Assembly: GCA_030765185.1 (NCBI GenBank)
Contig: JAVCDE010000003.1
Location: 64,038 to 128,037 of the forward strand
DNA from: Candidatus Aceula meridiana
GTDB taxonomy: Bacteria > Omnitrophota > Gorgyraeia > Zapsychrales > Aceulaceae
Reading direction: 5' to 3'
DNA: 64,000 nt
The notes below the pieces were generated by a model. The model saw only the letters and a list, made by a program, of their open reading frames with translations. It did no database searches and had not been told where the DNA came from. Positions 50,489-61,582 of this stretch are shown piece after piece (within the stretch, counting starts at the first letter, position 1; each line of letters begins with the position of its first letter). A program made the translations under genes and the position numbers.

Positions 50489-52573
50489 ATGGCTGACAAA
50501 ATTCCGCTTAAAAACGTTCGTAATATAGGTATCATCGCTCACATCGATGCAGGGAAGACTACAACTACAGAACGAATCCTCTATTATGCAGGGGTTATCC
50601 ATAAAATGGGAACAGTAGACGAAGGAACGGCTGTCATGGACTGGATGGAACAAGAGCAGGAAAGAGGGATTACGATCACCTCAGCAAACACAACCTGCTT
50701 TTGGAAAGATTGTAAAATTAATATTATTGATACGCCTGGACACGTAGATTTTACGGTTGAAGTCGAGCGCTCTTTGAAAGTTTTGGATGGTGCTATCGTT
50801 GTTTTTTGCGCAACAAGTGGTGTGCAGCCTCAAAGTGAAACTGTTTGGCGTCAGGCTGATCGTTATCAAGTTCCGCGCATTGCCTTTATTAATAAGATGG
50901 ACCGTTTAGGTGCAAGTTTTGAAAACGTTTTAGGTCAACTGTATGACCGTCTCGGAGCTCATGCGGCGGCTGTTCAGTTTCCTGTTGGCGCAGAAGATGA
51001 TTTTTCAGGTATCGTTGATATTATCACTGAGAAACTAGTTACTTATGAAGACAAGGAAGGCGCAAAACCTAAACATCAAGATGTCCCTGAGGAATTGAAG
51101 GCACAGCTTGCAGAATATAAGCACAAATTACTTGAAAAAGTAGCTGAAGTCGATGATCAACTAATGGAGAAGTATTTAGAGGATCACGCTGTTAGTCCCC
51201 AGGAGCTCAAAGATGCTATTCGACGCGCAGTTATTAACAATGCTTTTATTCCTGTTTTATGCGGAACAGCGCTTCGCAACAAAGGCGTTCAAATGGTTTT
51301 GGATGCGGCTTGCGATTATCTTCCGTCACCTCTAGATGTTCCTCCTATTGTCGGGAAGGAGCCTAAAACTGGCAAAGAGATTTCGTATCAGGCTAAAGAA
51401 AGCGAAAAATTAGCTGCTCTTGCGTTTAAGATTGCGATGGACCCTTATGTTGGCAAATTATTCTTTACTAGAATTTATTCAGGCACGATTGTTTCTGGAA
51501 CTCAAATATACAATTCGACCCGCGAAGTTAAAGAGAAGATATCAAAGATTGTTGTTATGCATTCGAATAAGCAAGAGATTGTGACTGAGGCAGGCCCAGG
51601 AGAAATCGTTGCTCTTGTAGGTCTTAAAGAAACTAAGTCTGGAGATAGTCTTTGCGATCAGTCTGGGCCGATTTTAATAGAGAATATGCGTATTCCTGAG
51701 CCAGTTATTTCTATGGCGGTTGAGCCGATGACAAAAGCAGATCAAGACAAGATGGGTTTGACGCTACGTAAATTTCTTGATGAAGATCCGTCTTTCCGAG
51801 CGCGTTTTGATGAAGAGACAGGCGAGACAGTTATTTCCGGAATGGGTGAGCTTCACCTTGAGATTATTGTTGACCGGATGAGACGAGAGTTTGGACTTGA
51901 AACAAAGGTCGGAAGACCACAGGTTGCCTATAAAGAAACAATTACGCAAAAAGCTAGCGGGATTACAGGAAAGCATATTTCGCAGTCTGGTGGACGAGGA
52001 CAATACGGACACGTTATTATTGATATTGAGCCGCAAGAGGAAAAAGGCAAAGGAATTACCTTTATTGATAAGATTAAGGGCGGAGCGATTCCTAGAGAAT
52101 ATATTAAATCTGTCGAAAAGGGAATTAATAGTGCTGCGGCGAATGGTATTTTAGGAGGCTATCCGGTTGACGATGTGATTGTCACATTAGTTGATGGCTC
52201 TTATCATGAAGTTGATTCGAGTGAGTTGGCTTTTCATTTAGCTGCAAAGAATGCTTTTCAAGAAGGAATGAGAAAAGGACGTTCAGTTTTTCTAGAACCG
52301 GTGATGGACATTGAAGTTGTCGTTCCTGAAGATTTTATGGGTTCCGTAATTGGGGATTTAAATACACGACGAGCCAAGATTGTGGAGATGGGCAATCGCG
52401 GAATTTTAAAGACAGCTCGCTGTGAAGTTCCGCTAGCCGAAATGTTTAATTATGCTGGTGCGATTCGTTCACTATCTCAAGGACGTGCTACATTTTCTAT
52501 GGAACCTGCGTATTACGCCGAAGTTCCGTCGCATGTAGCCGAGAAAATACAAGGAAAAAATTCAGCAAAGTAA
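50489..52573 (+). CDS. fusA: Elongation factor G
   Basis: 694 aa. G-domain [21 protein letters not shown]. Domains II-V. Confidence 0.97.
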   Translation: MADKIPLKNVRNIGIIAHIDAGKTTTTERILYYAGVIHKMGTVDEGTAVMDWMEQEQERGITITSANTTCFWKDCKINIIDTPGHVDFTVEVERSLKVLDGAIVVFCATSGVQPQSETVWRQADRYQVPRIAFINKMDRLGASFENVLGQLYDRLGAHAAAVQFPVGAEDDFSGIVDIITEKLVTYEDKEGAKPKHQDVPEELKAQLAEYKHKLLEKVAEVDDQLMEKYLEDHAVSPQELKDAIRRAVINNAFIPVLCGTALRNKGVQMVLDAACDYLPSPLDVPPIVGKEPKTGKEISYQAKESEKLAALAFKIAMDPYVGKLFFTRIYSGTIVSGTQIYNSTREVKEKISKIVVMHSNKQEIVTEAGPGEIVALVGLKETKSGDSLCDQSGPILIENMRIPEPVISMAVEPMTKADQDKMGLTLRKFLDEDPSFRARFDEETGETVISGMGELHLEIIVDRMRREFGLETKVGRPQVAYKETITQKASGITGKHISQSGGRGQYGHVIIDIEPQEEKGKGITFIDKIKGGAIPREYIKSVEKGINSAAANGILGGYPVDDVIVTLVDGSYHEVDSSELAFHLAAKNAFQEGMRKGRSVFLEPVMDIEVVVPEDFMGSVIGDLNTRRAKIVEMGNRGILKTARCEVPLAEMFNYAGAIRSLSQGRATFSMEPAYYAEVPSHVAEKIQGKNSAK

Positions 52574-52613
52574 TAATTAAGATTTAATAAGAATTAAAGG
52601 GAGGAAAAAGAGT

Positions 52614-53807
52614 ATGGCAAAGGAAAAATTCGTAAGAAATAAACCTCACTTAAACATCGGGACCATCGGTCACGTTGACCATGGTAAAACAACATTAACG
52701 GCTGCGATTACAACACATCTCGCAAAGGTTGGAAATGCAGTAGTACGTTCATATGATTCGATTGACAACGCTCCTGAAGAAAAAGAGCGCGGCGTTACAA
52801 TTAATATCGCCCACATCGAGTATGAAACAGAGAAAAGACATTATGCGCATATCGATTGCCCAGGTCATGCTGACTACATCAAGAACATGATTACTGGTGC
52901 TGCTCAGATGGATGGTGCAATTTTAGTTGTATCTGCTGCTGATGGTGCTATGCCTCAAACAAGAGAGCATATCCTTTTAGCTCGTCAGGTTAATGTTCCT
53001 CGTATTATTGTTTTTCTTAACAAATGTGACCAAGTTGAAGATAAAGAACTTCTAGAGCTTGTTGAGCTTGAGCTTCGTGAACTTCTTTCAAAATATAAAT
53101 TCGATGGAGATAACATTCCAATCATTAAGGGAAGTGCTTTAGAAGCGCTAAACAGCCCTGATGATGCCGAGAAAACAAAGTGCATCGATGAGCTAATGGA
53201 AGCTGCTGATAGTTATATTCCTGCGCCTGAAAGAGATCTTGATAAGCCATTCTCAATGGCCGTTGAAGACGTTTTCTCTATTTCTGGTCGCGGAACAGTT
53301 GCTACTGGACGGATTGAAAGAGGAATTGTTAAAGTCGGTGAAGAAATTGATATTGTCGGTCTTCAACCACAAACTACAAAAACAGTTGTAACTGGTGTTG
53401 AGATGTTCCGCAAAGAATTAGATCAAGGACAAGCAGGGGACAACGTTGGACTTCTTTTACGTGGTGTTGCTAAAGAGGCTATCGAGCGCGGAATGGTTTT
53501 AGCTAAGCCAGGGTCGATTATGCCACACACCAAGTTTAAAGCACAAGTTTACGTTTTAAACAAAGAAGAAGGCGGACGACACACACCTTTCTTTAAAGGA
53601 TACCGTCCTCAGTTTTATTTTAGAACAACAGACGTTACCGGTACTGCTGAACTTCCTGCAGGTGTGGAAATGGCAATGCCAGGTGATAATGTTGAATTAG
53701 AAATTGAATTGATTACACCTGTTGCCATGGAAAAAGAGCTACGTTTTGCTATCCGCGAGGGTGGACGAACTGTTGGCGCTGGTGTTATTTCAGAAATTAT
53801 TAAATAA
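52614..53807 (+). CDS. tuf: Elongation factor Tu
   Basis: 397 aa. [21 protein letters not shown]. Strong RBS GGGAGG. Confidence 0.97.
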   Translation: MAKEKFVRNKPHLNIGTIGHVDHGKTTLTAAITTHLAKVGNAVVRSYDSIDNAPEEKERGVTINIAHIEYETEKRHYAHIDCPGHADYIKNMITGAAQMDGAILVVSAADGAMPQTREHILLARQVNVPRIIVFLNKCDQVEDKELLELVELELRELLSKYKFDGDNIPIIKGSALEALNSPDDAEKTKCIDELMEAADSYIPAPERDLDKPFSMAVEDVFSISGRGTVATGRIERGIVKVGEEIDIVGLQPQTTKTVVTGVEMFRKELDQGQAGDNVGLLLRGVAKEAIERGMVLAKPGSIMPHTKFKAQVYVLNKEEGGRHTPFFKGYRPQFYFRTTDVTGTAELPAGVEMAMPGDNVELEIELITPVAMEKELRFAIREGGRTVGAGVISEIIK

Positions 53808-53824
53808 AAGAGTTTAACAAAATA

Positions 53825-54127
53825 ATGCAAAAAATACGTATTAAACTTAAAGCTTACGATCACCGATTGATTGATCAATCGACTGAGGAGATTGTCGAGA
53901 CAGCGAAAAGGACCGGAGCGCGAATTTCCGGCCCTATTCCTCTTCCGACGAAGAAGGAGCTTTATACAGTGTTGTGTTCTCCTGTGGTTGATAAAAAATC
54001 ACGTGAGCAATTTAGACTGGCAACACATAAGCGCCTAATCGATCTTCTCGACCCAACTGCAAAAACCGTAGAGGCTTTACGAAAATTAAACCTCCCGGCT
54101 GGGGTCGACGTAGAGATTAAGCAATAG
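53825..54127 (+). CDS. rpsJ: 30S ribosomal protein S10
   Basis: [19 protein letters not shown]... is canonical S10. Only 17 nt after tuf. Confidence 0.95.
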   Translation: MQKIRIKLKAYDHRLIDQSTEEIVETAKRTGARISGPIPLPTKKELYTVLCSPVVDKKSREQFRLATHKRLIDLLDPTAKTVEALRKLNLPAGVDVEIKQ

Positions 54128-54137
54128 GAGATTACTG

Positions 54138-54845
54138 ATGGTCGCAGGTTTATTAGGAAAAAAAGTTGGCATGACGCAGATTTTCGATAAAGACGGGAAC
54201 GTTATTCCGGTTACTGTTGTTGAGGCTGGTCCATGCTATATCCTGGAACTTAAAGATTCTCCCGTTAAGGTGAAGCTTGGGTTTGATGAAATTAAAGAAT
54301 CACGTCTAAACAAAGCAGAATTAGGTTTCTTTAAAAAAAATAAACTTAAGCCTGTTAAAGTTATTAAAGAATTTAAAGCCGCTGATACAAGCGATTGCAA
54401 GGTTGGACAAGAAGTGAAAGCCGACTTATTTAAGCCAGGCGATTTTGTGGATGTTACTGGTATTTCAATTGGAAAAGGTTTTCAGGGCGGCATGAAGCGA
54501 TGGGGATGGTCTGGTGGTCCAGCAGGGCATGGGTCTAATCATCATAGACGCGTTGGTTCTATCGGCCCAAGTGCGGATCCTTCAAGAACATTTCGCGGAC
54601 GCCCAATGCCGGGACAGATGGGAAACATACAAGTAACAACTCAAGGCTTACGCGTTATGGACATAGATTTTGAAAATAATTTATTAATGATTAAGGGCTC
54701 TATTCCTGGCCACAAAAGAAGCTATATCACAATCAATAAATCGCAAAAACGAGAATTTAAATCCTTGGATCAAGTGAAAGCAGTACATGCTGTTAAGCGT
54801 AATCCGATGAAACAGAGCAAATCAAAAGCAAAAGGTAAGAAATAA
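54138..54845 (+). CDS. rplC: 50S ribosomal protein L3
   Basis: L3 motifs ([33 protein letters not shown]). About 25 aa of extra basic C-terminal tail. Confidence 0.95.
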   Translation: MVAGLLGKKVGMTQIFDKDGNVIPVTVVEAGPCYILELKDSPVKVKLGFDEIKESRLNKAELGFFKKNKLKPVKVIKEFKAADTSDCKVGQEVKADLFKPGDFVDVTGISIGKGFQGGMKRWGWSGGPAGHGSNHHRRVGSIGPSADPSRTFRGRPMPGQMGNIQVTTQGLRVMDIDFENNLLMIKGSIPGHKRSYITINKSQKREFKSLDQVKAVHAVKRNPMKQSKSKAKGKK

Positions 54846-54847
54846 AA

Positions 54848-55474
54848 ATGCCAGTTTGTGCTATTCACGACATTAAAGGAAAAAAGGTTGAAGAGTTCGA
54901 CCTTCCTGAGTCAATTTTTGGGGGACGTATTAACGAGGGTGTTTTACACCAAGCTGTTTTGATGTACCAAGCCAATCAGCGTCAGGGAACAGCGTCAACT
55001 AAAGAGCGCGCCGATGTTTCCGGTGGAGGGAAAAAACCTCATCGCCAAAAAGGAACAGGGCGAGCCCGCGCAGGATCAAGTCGATCCCCTCTATGGAAGG
55101 GCGGAGGGGTTACTTTCGGCCCACACCCAAGAGATTTTAGTTATAGCTTGCCTAAAAAAATAAAAATTTCAGCTCTTAAAGCAAGTTTAAATGCCTGTTA
55201 CCTCAGCAACGATATTTTTTGTATCGATGCGTTGATGGTTGATTCTGCAAAAACAAGAGATTTTGCCAAGCTTCTGAAAACATTAAAGCTTCAGGGAACA
55301 ATTTTAGCCGTGATTGATAAAACTGACACATCAACACAGAGAGCATCTCATAACATTCCGGTGCTAAACATGGTGCGTGCCAGTGATGTCACAGCCTACG
55401 ATATTTTAAAGAATAAAAAACTTTTGATTACTAAAGATGCGTTTAAAAGCTTGCTTAAACGTCTAAAAACATAA
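54848..55474 (+). CDS. rplD: 50S ribosomal protein L4
   Basis: 208 aa. L4 loop region [31 protein letters not shown]. Confidence 0.95.
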   Translation: MPVCAIHDIKGKKVEEFDLPESIFGGRINEGVLHQAVLMYQANQRQGTASTKERADVSGGGKKPHRQKGTGRARAGSSRSPLWKGGGVTFGPHPRDFSYSLPKKIKISALKASLNACYLSNDIFCIDALMVDSAKTRDFAKLLKTLKLQGTILAVIDKTDTSTQRASHNIPVLNMVRASDVTAYDILKNKKLLITKDAFKSLLKRLKT

Positions 55475-55486
55475 TATAGAAAAAAT

Positions 55487-55765
55487 ATGGCCACTAGCTA
55501 CGATATTGTTAGAACACTTATTCGCACAGAAAAAGGGACATTCTTAGAAGCAGAAAGAAAATATCTTTTTGAAGTCGCGAAGACTGCGACAAAAGTTGAT
55601 ATCCTAAGAGCCATTGAAGATATTTATAAAGTTAAGGTTCAAAGCGTAAACACACTTGTTGTTCCTGGCAAAAAAAAGAGAGTCCGTCAAGCTTTAGGTC
55701 ATACACCTGACTGGAAAAAGGCTGTAGTTACTCTTAAAGAAGGCCAGAAAATTGAGGTTACTTAA
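55487..55765 (+). CDS. rplW: 50S ribosomal protein L23
   Basis: 92 aa. L23 fold. Position between L4 and L2. Confidence 0.9.
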   Translation: MATSYDIVRTLIRTEKGTFLEAERKYLFEVAKTATKVDILRAIEDIYKVKVQSVNTLVVPGKKKRVRQALGHTPDWKKAVVTLKEGQKIEVT

Positions 55766-56610
55766 TGGGAATTAAAAAATTTCGCCCTACAACAAATGCT
55801 TTAAGACACACGACGATTTCTGATTTTGCAGAAATTACAAAGTCGAAGCCGGAGAAGGCTCTTTTGCGCCCATTGAAAAAGAGTGGAGGACGCAATAATA
55901 AAGGCCGTATCACGGCTCGATATCGTTCTGGTGGGCATAAAAGAATGTATCGTGTTATTGATTTTAAGCGTAGTCGTATTGATGAAATAGGCAAGGTTAT
56001 TGCTATTGAATATGATCCAAATCGTTCAGCTCGTCTTGCTTTGATTCAGTATCCTGATAATACGCGTGCGTATATTTTAGCTCCGCTCGAATTAAAAGTA
56101 GGAAATGAGATCGTTAGCACTATTGAAAAAAATATTGAAAATTTACCAGGCAATTGCATGCCTATCGAAAAGATTCCTTTAGGAGCTGCTGTGCATAATG
56201 TTGAGCTTTCTCCTGGTAAAGGTGGAAAGATTGTTCGCGCTGCAGGAACTTCGGCTCAGGTTATGGCTAAAGAAGGAGATGTTGCTCATCTTCGCCTTCC
56301 ATCAAGTGAGGTGCGGAAGGTAAGAATTCAGTGTCGGGCTACTGTTGGTCAGCTTGGCAATGTTGAGCATGATTCCCTCTCAATTGGAAAAGCTGGAAGG
56401 AATCGTTGGAAGGGGCGAAAGGGCAATGTTCGAGGAGTTGCGATGAACCCTGTTGATCACCCTCATGGTGGTGGTGAGGGAAAAGCTCCACAGGGAAATC
56501 CGCATCCAGTCACGCCTTGGGGCAAGCCAACTAAAGGATTTAAGACAAGACAAAAGCGTAAATACTCAGATTCAATGATTGTTAGAAGAAGGAAAAAAGG
56601 AAAGCGATAA
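55765..56610 (+). CDS. rplB: 50S ribosomal protein L2
   Basis: 281 aa. [28 protein letters not shown] motifs. Confidence 0.97.
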   Translation: MGIKKFRPTTNALRHTTISDFAEITKSKPEKALLRPLKKSGGRNNKGRITARYRSGGHKRMYRVIDFKRSRIDEIGKVIAIEYDPNRSARLALIQYPDNTRAYILAPLELKVGNEIVSTIEKNIENLPGNCMPIEKIPLGAAVHNVELSPGKGGKIVRAAGTSAQVMAKEGDVAHLRLPSSEVRKVRIQCRATVGQLGNVEHDSLSIGKAGRNRWKGRKGNVRGVAMNPVDHPHGGGEGKAPQGNPHPVTPWGKPTKGFKTRQKRKYSDSMIVRRRKKGKR

Positions 56611-56897
56611 TGCCGCGTTCAATTAAAAAAGGACCTTATGTTGCTGAGCATCTTCTAAAAAAGCTAGAAAAGATGCAGAAAACCGGACAGCGACAACCAA
56701 TTAAAACTTGGTCACGAGAGTCAACAGTTACTCCGGAATTTGTTGGTTTTACAGTGGCGGTGCATGATGGTAGAAAACATGTCCCTGTATTTGTTACAGA
56801 AAATATGGTCGGTTATAAATTTGGTTTCTTTGCACCAACGCGGACTTTTAAAAGACACGGTGGAGTTAAAGCAAAGAAATCTGCAGCTAAAACATAA
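56610..56897 (+). CDS. rpsS: 30S ribosomal protein S19
   Basis: [21 protein letters not shown]...[33 protein letters not shown] is canonical S19. Confidence 0.97.
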   Translation: MPRSIKKGPYVAEHLLKKLEKMQKTGQRQPIKTWSRESTVTPEFVGFTVAVHDGRKHVPVFVTENMVGYKFGFFAPTRTFKRHGGVKAKKSAAKT

Positions 56898-56907
56898 TGG
56901 ATAAGAA

Positions 56908-57243
56908 ATGATTGCACAAGCCAAAGGAAGATTTATTCGTGTTTCACCAACCAAGGTACGTCAGGTTATTAACCTCATTCGAGGAAAGGACGTAAAGACA
57001 TCTTTGGTTATCCTTGAGCACGTTCAAAAAGGTTCTAAGGATAGAATAAAGAAAGTTTTAAATTCTGCCATTAGCAATGCGAAGCAAAAAGGATTAAGTG
57101 AAGAACAGCTTTTTGTTTCAAAAATTACCGCAGATTTAGGATCATCCTGGAGACGGTATCGCGCGGCTGCTTTTGGACGGGCAACACCGATTGATAAGAA
57201 AACAACTCATTTAACTGTTGAACTAGATTTAAAAATGAAATAA
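56908..57243 (+). CDS. rplV: 50S ribosomal protein L22
   Basis: 111-aa L22 sequence (ISPTKVRQVINLIRGK...). Confidence 0.95.
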   Translation: MIAQAKGRFIRVSPTKVRQVINLIRGKDVKTSLVILEHVQKGSKDRIKKVLNSAISNAKQKGLSEEQLFVSKITADLGSSWRRYRAAAFGRATPIDKKTTHLTVELDLKMK

Positions 57244-57255
57244 GAGAGGTCATCT

Positions 57256-57924
57256 GTGGGACAGAAAGTAAGCCCTATAATTTTACGAATTGGATACATC
57301 AAAGACTGGCGAAGCCGTTGGTTTGCTGATAAAAAAGAATTTGCTTTTAATGTAGTTGAAGATTCAAGAATTCGAACACATATCAAAAAGAAATTTGCAC
57401 ATGCAGCTGTTGCTCAGGTTGACATTGAACGTGTTGCTGCACAAGTTCGTATCCGAATTCGTTCAGCAAGACCCGGCGTTATCATTGGACGACGCGGTGC
57501 TGATATTGATCGGCTTAAAGAAGATTTAGCAAAGATTACACCTAAAGAGGTTGCGATTGATATTCAAGAAGTGAAGAATCCCGCTATTGATGCCAACTTG
57601 ATTGCTCAGAGTGTAGCTCTCCAGTTACAAAAACGTATTGCGTTTAGACGTGCTATGAAGCGTGCTATTGAACAGGCAATGGGCTCGGGAGCTCAGGGAA
57701 TTAAGATTACTTGCGCAGGACGCTTAGGTGGCAAAGAAATGGCTCGAAGAGAAACTCATAAACAGGGAAAACTTCCTTTGCAGACATTTCGCGCAGATAT
57801 TGATTATGGGTTTGCTGAAGCACAAACAACTTATGGAACAATTGGCGTTAAGGCATGGATTTATCATGGTGACGCTATTCTAGATAAAAAACAAGAAGAC
57901 CTGCAAGAAAAACCAAAGTTATAA
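57256..57924 (+). CDS. rpsC: 30S ribosomal protein S3
   Basis: MGQKVSPIILRIG... KH domain, canonical S3. Confidence 0.97.
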   Translation: MGQKVSPIILRIGYIKDWRSRWFADKKEFAFNVVEDSRIRTHIKKKFAHAAVAQVDIERVAAQVRIRIRSARPGVIIGRRGADIDRLKEDLAKITPKEVAIDIQEVKNPAIDANLIAQSVALQLQKRIAFRRAMKRAIEQAMGSGAQGIKITCAGRLGGKEMARRETHKQGKLPLQTFRADIDYGFAEAQTTYGTIGVKAWIYHGDAILDKKQEDLQEKPKL

Positions 57925-57941
57925 ATAGAAATTAGAGTATT

Positions 57942-58364
57942 ATGCTTTTAATGCCAAGAAAAGTTAAGTATCGTAAAGCCCAAAAGGGAAAATGTCGAGG
58001 GATTGCCACTCGTGGAAGCACCTTGAGTTACGGAGAGTATGGACTCAAAACCCTTGAGAATGGATTTTTACGCTCTAACCATATCGAAACAGCTCGCGTT
58101 ACAGTTGCTCGTAAAATGAAGGGTGCAGGAAAATTTTGGATCAATGTTTTTCCATCAAAGCCGATTACAAAGAAACCCGCAGAAACACGCATGGGAAAAG
58201 GTAAAGGTGATTTAGACCATTGGGTTTGTCCTGTCAAGAGAGGAAAAATTCTCTTTGAGATGAGTGGTGTCCCTGAAGAATTTGCTCGAACAATTTTTCG
58301 TCTGGTTGCTTTTAAAATGCCCGTTAGAACAAAATTTGTTTCTCGCGTAGGTGAGAGTCATTAA
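57942..58364 (+). CDS. rplP: 50S ribosomal protein L16
   Basis: 140-aa L16 sequence (RKVKYRKAQKG...). The start may be the downstream Met at 57954. Confidence 0.93.
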   Translation: MLLMPRKVKYRKAQKGKCRGIATRGSTLSYGEYGLKTLENGFLRSNHIETARVTVARKMKGAGKFWINVFPSKPITKKPAETRMGKGKGDLDHWVCPVKRGKILFEMSGVPEEFARTIFRLVAFKMPVRTKFVSRVGESH

Positions 58365-58374
58365 GGATTAAGAA

Positions 58375-58566
58375 ATGAAGGCCAAAGATTTAAAAGTTTT
58401 AGACATTGAAGAATTAATGCAAAAGGAAAAAGCTATTAAAAAAGAGCTTTATGCCTTAAATTATCAGCGAAAATTCGGTAAGGTTGAGAAGCCAGCCCGA
58501 TTTAGTCAACTTAAAAAAGATGTTGCACGCATTAAGACTGTTTTAAAGGAAAGAGAAAGTAAATGA
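58375..58566 (+). CDS. rpmC: 50S ribosomal protein L29
   Basis: 63 aa. Position and helical L29 sequence. Confidence 0.9.
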   Translation: MKAKDLKVLDIEELMQKEKAIKKELYALNYQRKFGKVEKPARFSQLKKDVARIKTVLKERESK

Positions 58567-58832
58567 CCGAACGCATCAATAGAAGAAAAATTTTTACCGG
58601 AACGGTTGTCAGTGACAAGATGGACAAAACATGCGTTGTCCAAGTTAGGTGGGGTGCAAAGCATTCTAAATATCAAAAACCGGTAAAGCATGCTGCAAAA
58701 TATAAAGCCCACGATGAGAAAAATGAAGCCAAGACCGGAGACATCGTTAAGATTATGGAGACAAGGCCTATTTCTAAAGATAAACGATGGGTTATTAGCG
58801 AAATTGTTAAGCAAGGTGGCGAACAACAATGA
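58563..58832 (+). CDS. rpsQ: 30S ribosomal protein S17
   Basis: 89 aa. OB-fold S17 ([16 protein letters not shown]). Confidence 0.93.
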   Translation: MTERINRRKIFTGTVVSDKMDKTCVVQVRWGAKHSKYQKPVKHAAKYKAHDEKNEAKTGDIVKIMETRPISKDKRWVISEIVKQGGEQQ

Positions 58833-59197
58833 TTTATATGAGAACAATTTTAACGGTTGCGGATAACACAGGAGCTCGTAAGGCATCTTTCATTGGTGTT
58901 TTAAACGCTAGAGGACGCCGAAGTGCTCAGGTTGGCGAAATGATTCGTGTTAATATTAAAGAATCTGCTCCTCGCGCTGCTGTTAAGAAGGGCGAGGTTG
59001 TTAAAGCTGTTATTGTTCGTCAGAAATTTCCAGTCCGTCGTACCGATGGCACATATGTCAAATTTGACAGCAATGCCGTTGTGATTGTTGACGATGCAGG
59101 AAATCCTAGAGGTACACGTGTTTTTGGTCCTGTCGCGCGTGAGTTGCGTAATATGGAATATATGAAAATTGTTTCTCTAGCACCAGAGGTTGTCTAA
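58829..59197 (+). CDS. rplN: 50S ribosomal protein L14
   Basis: L14 (VADNTGARK..., final EVV). The start may be the Met three codons downstream. Confidence 0.95.
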   Translation: MIYMRTILTVADNTGARKASFIGVLNARGRRSAQVGEMIRVNIKESAPRAAVKKGEVVKAVIVRQKFPVRRTDGTYVKFDSNAVVIVDDAGNPRGTRVFGPVARELRNMEYMKIVSLAPEVV

Positions 59198-59510
59198 GAT
59201 GTTAAGAATTAAAAAAAACGATAACGTTCAGGTTATCACAGGAAAAGATCGAGGGAAAAAGGGTAAAGTCTTACGTGTTTTTCCGAAAGTGGGAAAAGCA
59301 ATCGTTGAGAACATTAACCTTATTAAAAAAACTATGCGCAAAACTCAGGAAAATCAGCAAGGTGGCATTGTTGAAAGGGAGACCCCTATTCGGTTATCCA
59401 ATTTAATGTTAGTTTGCAAACAGTGCAGCAAGCCAAGCCGAACAAAAGCCAATGTCCTTAAGGATGGGGCAAAAATTCGTGAATGTAAGAAATGTGGAGC
59501 TGCTAATTAA
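59190..59510 (+). CDS. rplX: 50S ribosomal protein L24 (KOW) with C-terminal Cys4 motif
   Basis: KOW region [18 protein letters not shown]. The C-terminus carries CKQC...x17...CKKC. Confidence 0.93.
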   Translation: MSKMLRIKKNDNVQVITGKDRGKKGKVLRVFPKVGKAIVENINLIKKTMRKTQENQQGGIVERETPIRLSNLMLVCKQCSKPSRTKANVLKDGAKIRECKKCGAAN

Positions 59511-59512
59511 TA

Positions 59513-60058
59513 ATGAAACCAAGATTACTTGATAAATATAAAAATGAAGTTGTCCCAAAAGTGCAAGAAAAGTTTGGGGTAAAAAACAGCATGGCCATTC
59601 CGCGCTTAACTAAGATCGTGATTAACATGGGCATTGGTGAGGCTATCAGCGATATCCACCTTTTAGAAAACGCCATGAAAGAATTGGGTCTAATTGTTGG
59701 GCAAAAGCCAATTATACGAAGGGCGCGAAAGGCGATTTCAAATTTTAAGCTTCGGGAAGATCTTCCTGTTGGCTGTAAGGTAACTCTTAGAAGCAATAAG
59801 ATGTATGAGTTTATGGATAGGCTTGTTAGCATCGCTTTGCCACGGATTCGTGACTTTAATGGTGTTTCTAAAAAGTCTTTTGATCAGGGCGGAAACTATA
59901 CTCTAGGTATTTCTGATCAGACAATTTTTCCGGAAATTCCTTTAGATCAAATTACACGGTCGCAAGGTATGGATATTACTTTTGTTTTTAATCATGGCCC
60001 TAAAGAGCAGACATCTGAAATTTTGAGTCTTTTGGGCATGCCGTTTCGTAAAAAATAA
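59513..60058 (+). CDS. rplE: 50S ribosomal protein L5
   Basis: 181-aa L5 sequence. Confidence 0.95.
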   Translation: MKPRLLDKYKNEVVPKVQEKFGVKNSMAIPRLTKIVINMGIGEAISDIHLLENAMKELGLIVGQKPIIRRARKAISNFKLREDLPVGCKVTLRSNKMYEFMDRLVSIALPRIRDFNGVSKKSFDQGGNYTLGISDQTIFPEIPLDQITRSQGMDITFVFNHGPKEQTSEILSLLGMPFRKK

Positions 60059-60067
60059 GGAAAAAAT

Positions 60068-60253
60068 ATGGCAAAAAAAGCATTAAGACTAAAAGAAGCA
60101 AGGAAACCAAAGTTTCCAACACGGCAGCATAATCGATGTGCATTGTGCGGACGTCCTAAGGGATATTTACGTCGTTTTGGAATTTGTCGTATTTGTTTCC
60201 GCGAACTAGCTTGGAAAGGCGAAATTCCTGGAGTCAAAAAAGCAAGCTGGTAA
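60068..60253 (+). CDS. rpsN: 30S ribosomal protein S14, zinc-binding type Z
   Basis: 61 aa. CALCGRPKG...CRIC Cys4. Short-form S14. Confidence 0.93.
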   Translation: MAKKALRLKEARKPKFPTRQHNRCALCGRPKGYLRRFGICRICFRELAWKGEIPGVKKASW

Positions 60254-60267
60254 AAAAGGAAGAATTT

Positions 60268-60666
60268 ATGTCACTTACAGATCCTATTAGTAATATGTTA
60301 GCGAGCGTTAAGAACGCTACACGAGTCAAAAAAGAGACCGTAGATGTTCCATGTTCAAAAATGGCACAAGAGGTTCTTAACATTTTTAAGGAAGATGGAT
60401 ACATCGAAGATTTTCGTGTTTTAAAGGATAGCGTTCAAGGAAGCATTAAAATTTATTTGAAATACGAAAGAAATAAAGAATCCGCTATTATTGATTTAAA
60501 AAGAATTTCTAAACCAGGTTTAAGAGTTTATGCAACCAGCAGCAGAATACCACGCGTTCTTAATGGGTTAGGAACAGCTGTGCTTTCCACATCGAAAGGG
60601 ATTGTCGATGGCCGAAGGGCACGTGAGCTAAAAGTCGGTGGCGAAGTTATTTGCTATATTTGGTAG
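60268..60666 (+). CDS. rpsH: 30S ribosomal protein S8
   Basis: Start placed at MSLTDPISNMLASVKNA (ATG 60268), the canonical S8 N-terminus. The longer track ORF runs back into rpsN. Confidence 0.93.
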   Translation: MSLTDPISNMLASVKNATRVKKETVDVPCSKMAQEVLNIFKEDGYIEDFRVLKDSVQGSIKIYLKYERNKESAIIDLKRISKPGLRVYATSSRIPRVLNGLGTAVLSTSKGIVDGRRARELKVGGEVICYIW

Positions 60667-60673
60667 GTTAAAA

Positions 60674-61213
60674 ATGTCAAGAGTCGGAAAAAAAATTATA
60701 GAAATTCCAAAAGGCGTTAAAATAACGCTTAACAATGGAGCTGTTTTGGTTGAAGGCCCTAAAGGCAAATTAGACCTAGCTGTTCCATTTGGAATTACCG
60801 TTGAGAATAAAGAAGAGAAGTTGTTGATTAATCGTGTTTCTGAGGCAAAGCAAAATCGTGCTAATCATGGAACAGTGCGTGCTCGTCTTGCCAACATGAT
60901 CTTAGGCGTTACCGAAGGTCACAAGAAAAAATTAGAAATTCAGGGGATTGGTTTTCGTGCTCAGGTTCAAGGGCAAAAGATTATTTTAAACCTTGGTTTT
61001 AGCCATCCTGTGGAGTTCGAAGTTCCGCAAGAGATTATTGCCAAAGCCTTGACCCCAACAGAGTTAGAATTTGAAAGCATCGACAACGTAATTCTTGGTA
61101 ATGTTGTTGCGAAGATACGTAAGATTAAGCCGCCGGAACCTTATAAAGGGAAAGGCATCCGTTATTCTGGAGAAATTGTTAAACGTAAACAAGGAAAATC
61201 TGTCACCAAGTAA
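60674..61213 (+). CDS. rplF: 50S ribosomal protein L6
   Basis: Start placed at MSRVGKK (ATG 60674), the canonical L6 N-terminus. Two L6 alpha/beta repeats. Confidence 0.93.
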   Translation: MSRVGKKIIEIPKGVKITLNNGAVLVEGPKGKLDLAVPFGITVENKEEKLLINRVSEAKQNRANHGTVRARLANMILGVTEGHKKKLEIQGIGFRAQVQGQKIILNLGFSHPVEFEVPQEIIAKALTPTELEFESIDNVILGNVVAKIRKIKPPEPYKGKGIRYSGEIVKRKQGKSVTK

Positions 61214-61218
61214 ATCTA

Positions 61219-61581
61219 ATGCGAAAAACTAAAGAACAAAAACGTATTCTTCGTCACAAAAGAATTCGAAAAACAGTTAAGGGGACAGGCGAGCAACCCC
61301 GCGTCTGTGTTCATCGAAGTCTTAAGAATATATCGGCTTCTTTGATTGACGATGTGGCTTGCAGAACTTTATTTACTTTATCTACTTTAGATAAGACATT
61401 GAAGACAAAAATAAAAAGTGGAGGCAATGTTGATGCAGCTTCCACTTTAGGCGAAGCTTTTGCCATTAAGGCACAAGAAAAAGGAATCAAAAAAGCATGT
61501 TTTGACCGTGGCGGCTATATTTATCATGGCCGAGTTAAGGCTTTTGCCGAAGCGGTCAGAAAAGGCGGATTAGAATTTTAA
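61219..61581 (+). CDS. rplR: 50S ribosomal protein L18
   Basis: 120-aa L18 sequence. Confidence 0.93.
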   Translation: MRKTKEQKRILRHKRIRKTVKGTGEQPRVCVHRSLKNISASLIDDVACRTLFTLSTLDKTLKTKIKSGGNVDAASTLGEAFAIKAQEKGIKKACFDRGGYIYHGRVKAFAEAVRKGGLEF

Positions 61582-61582
61582 T

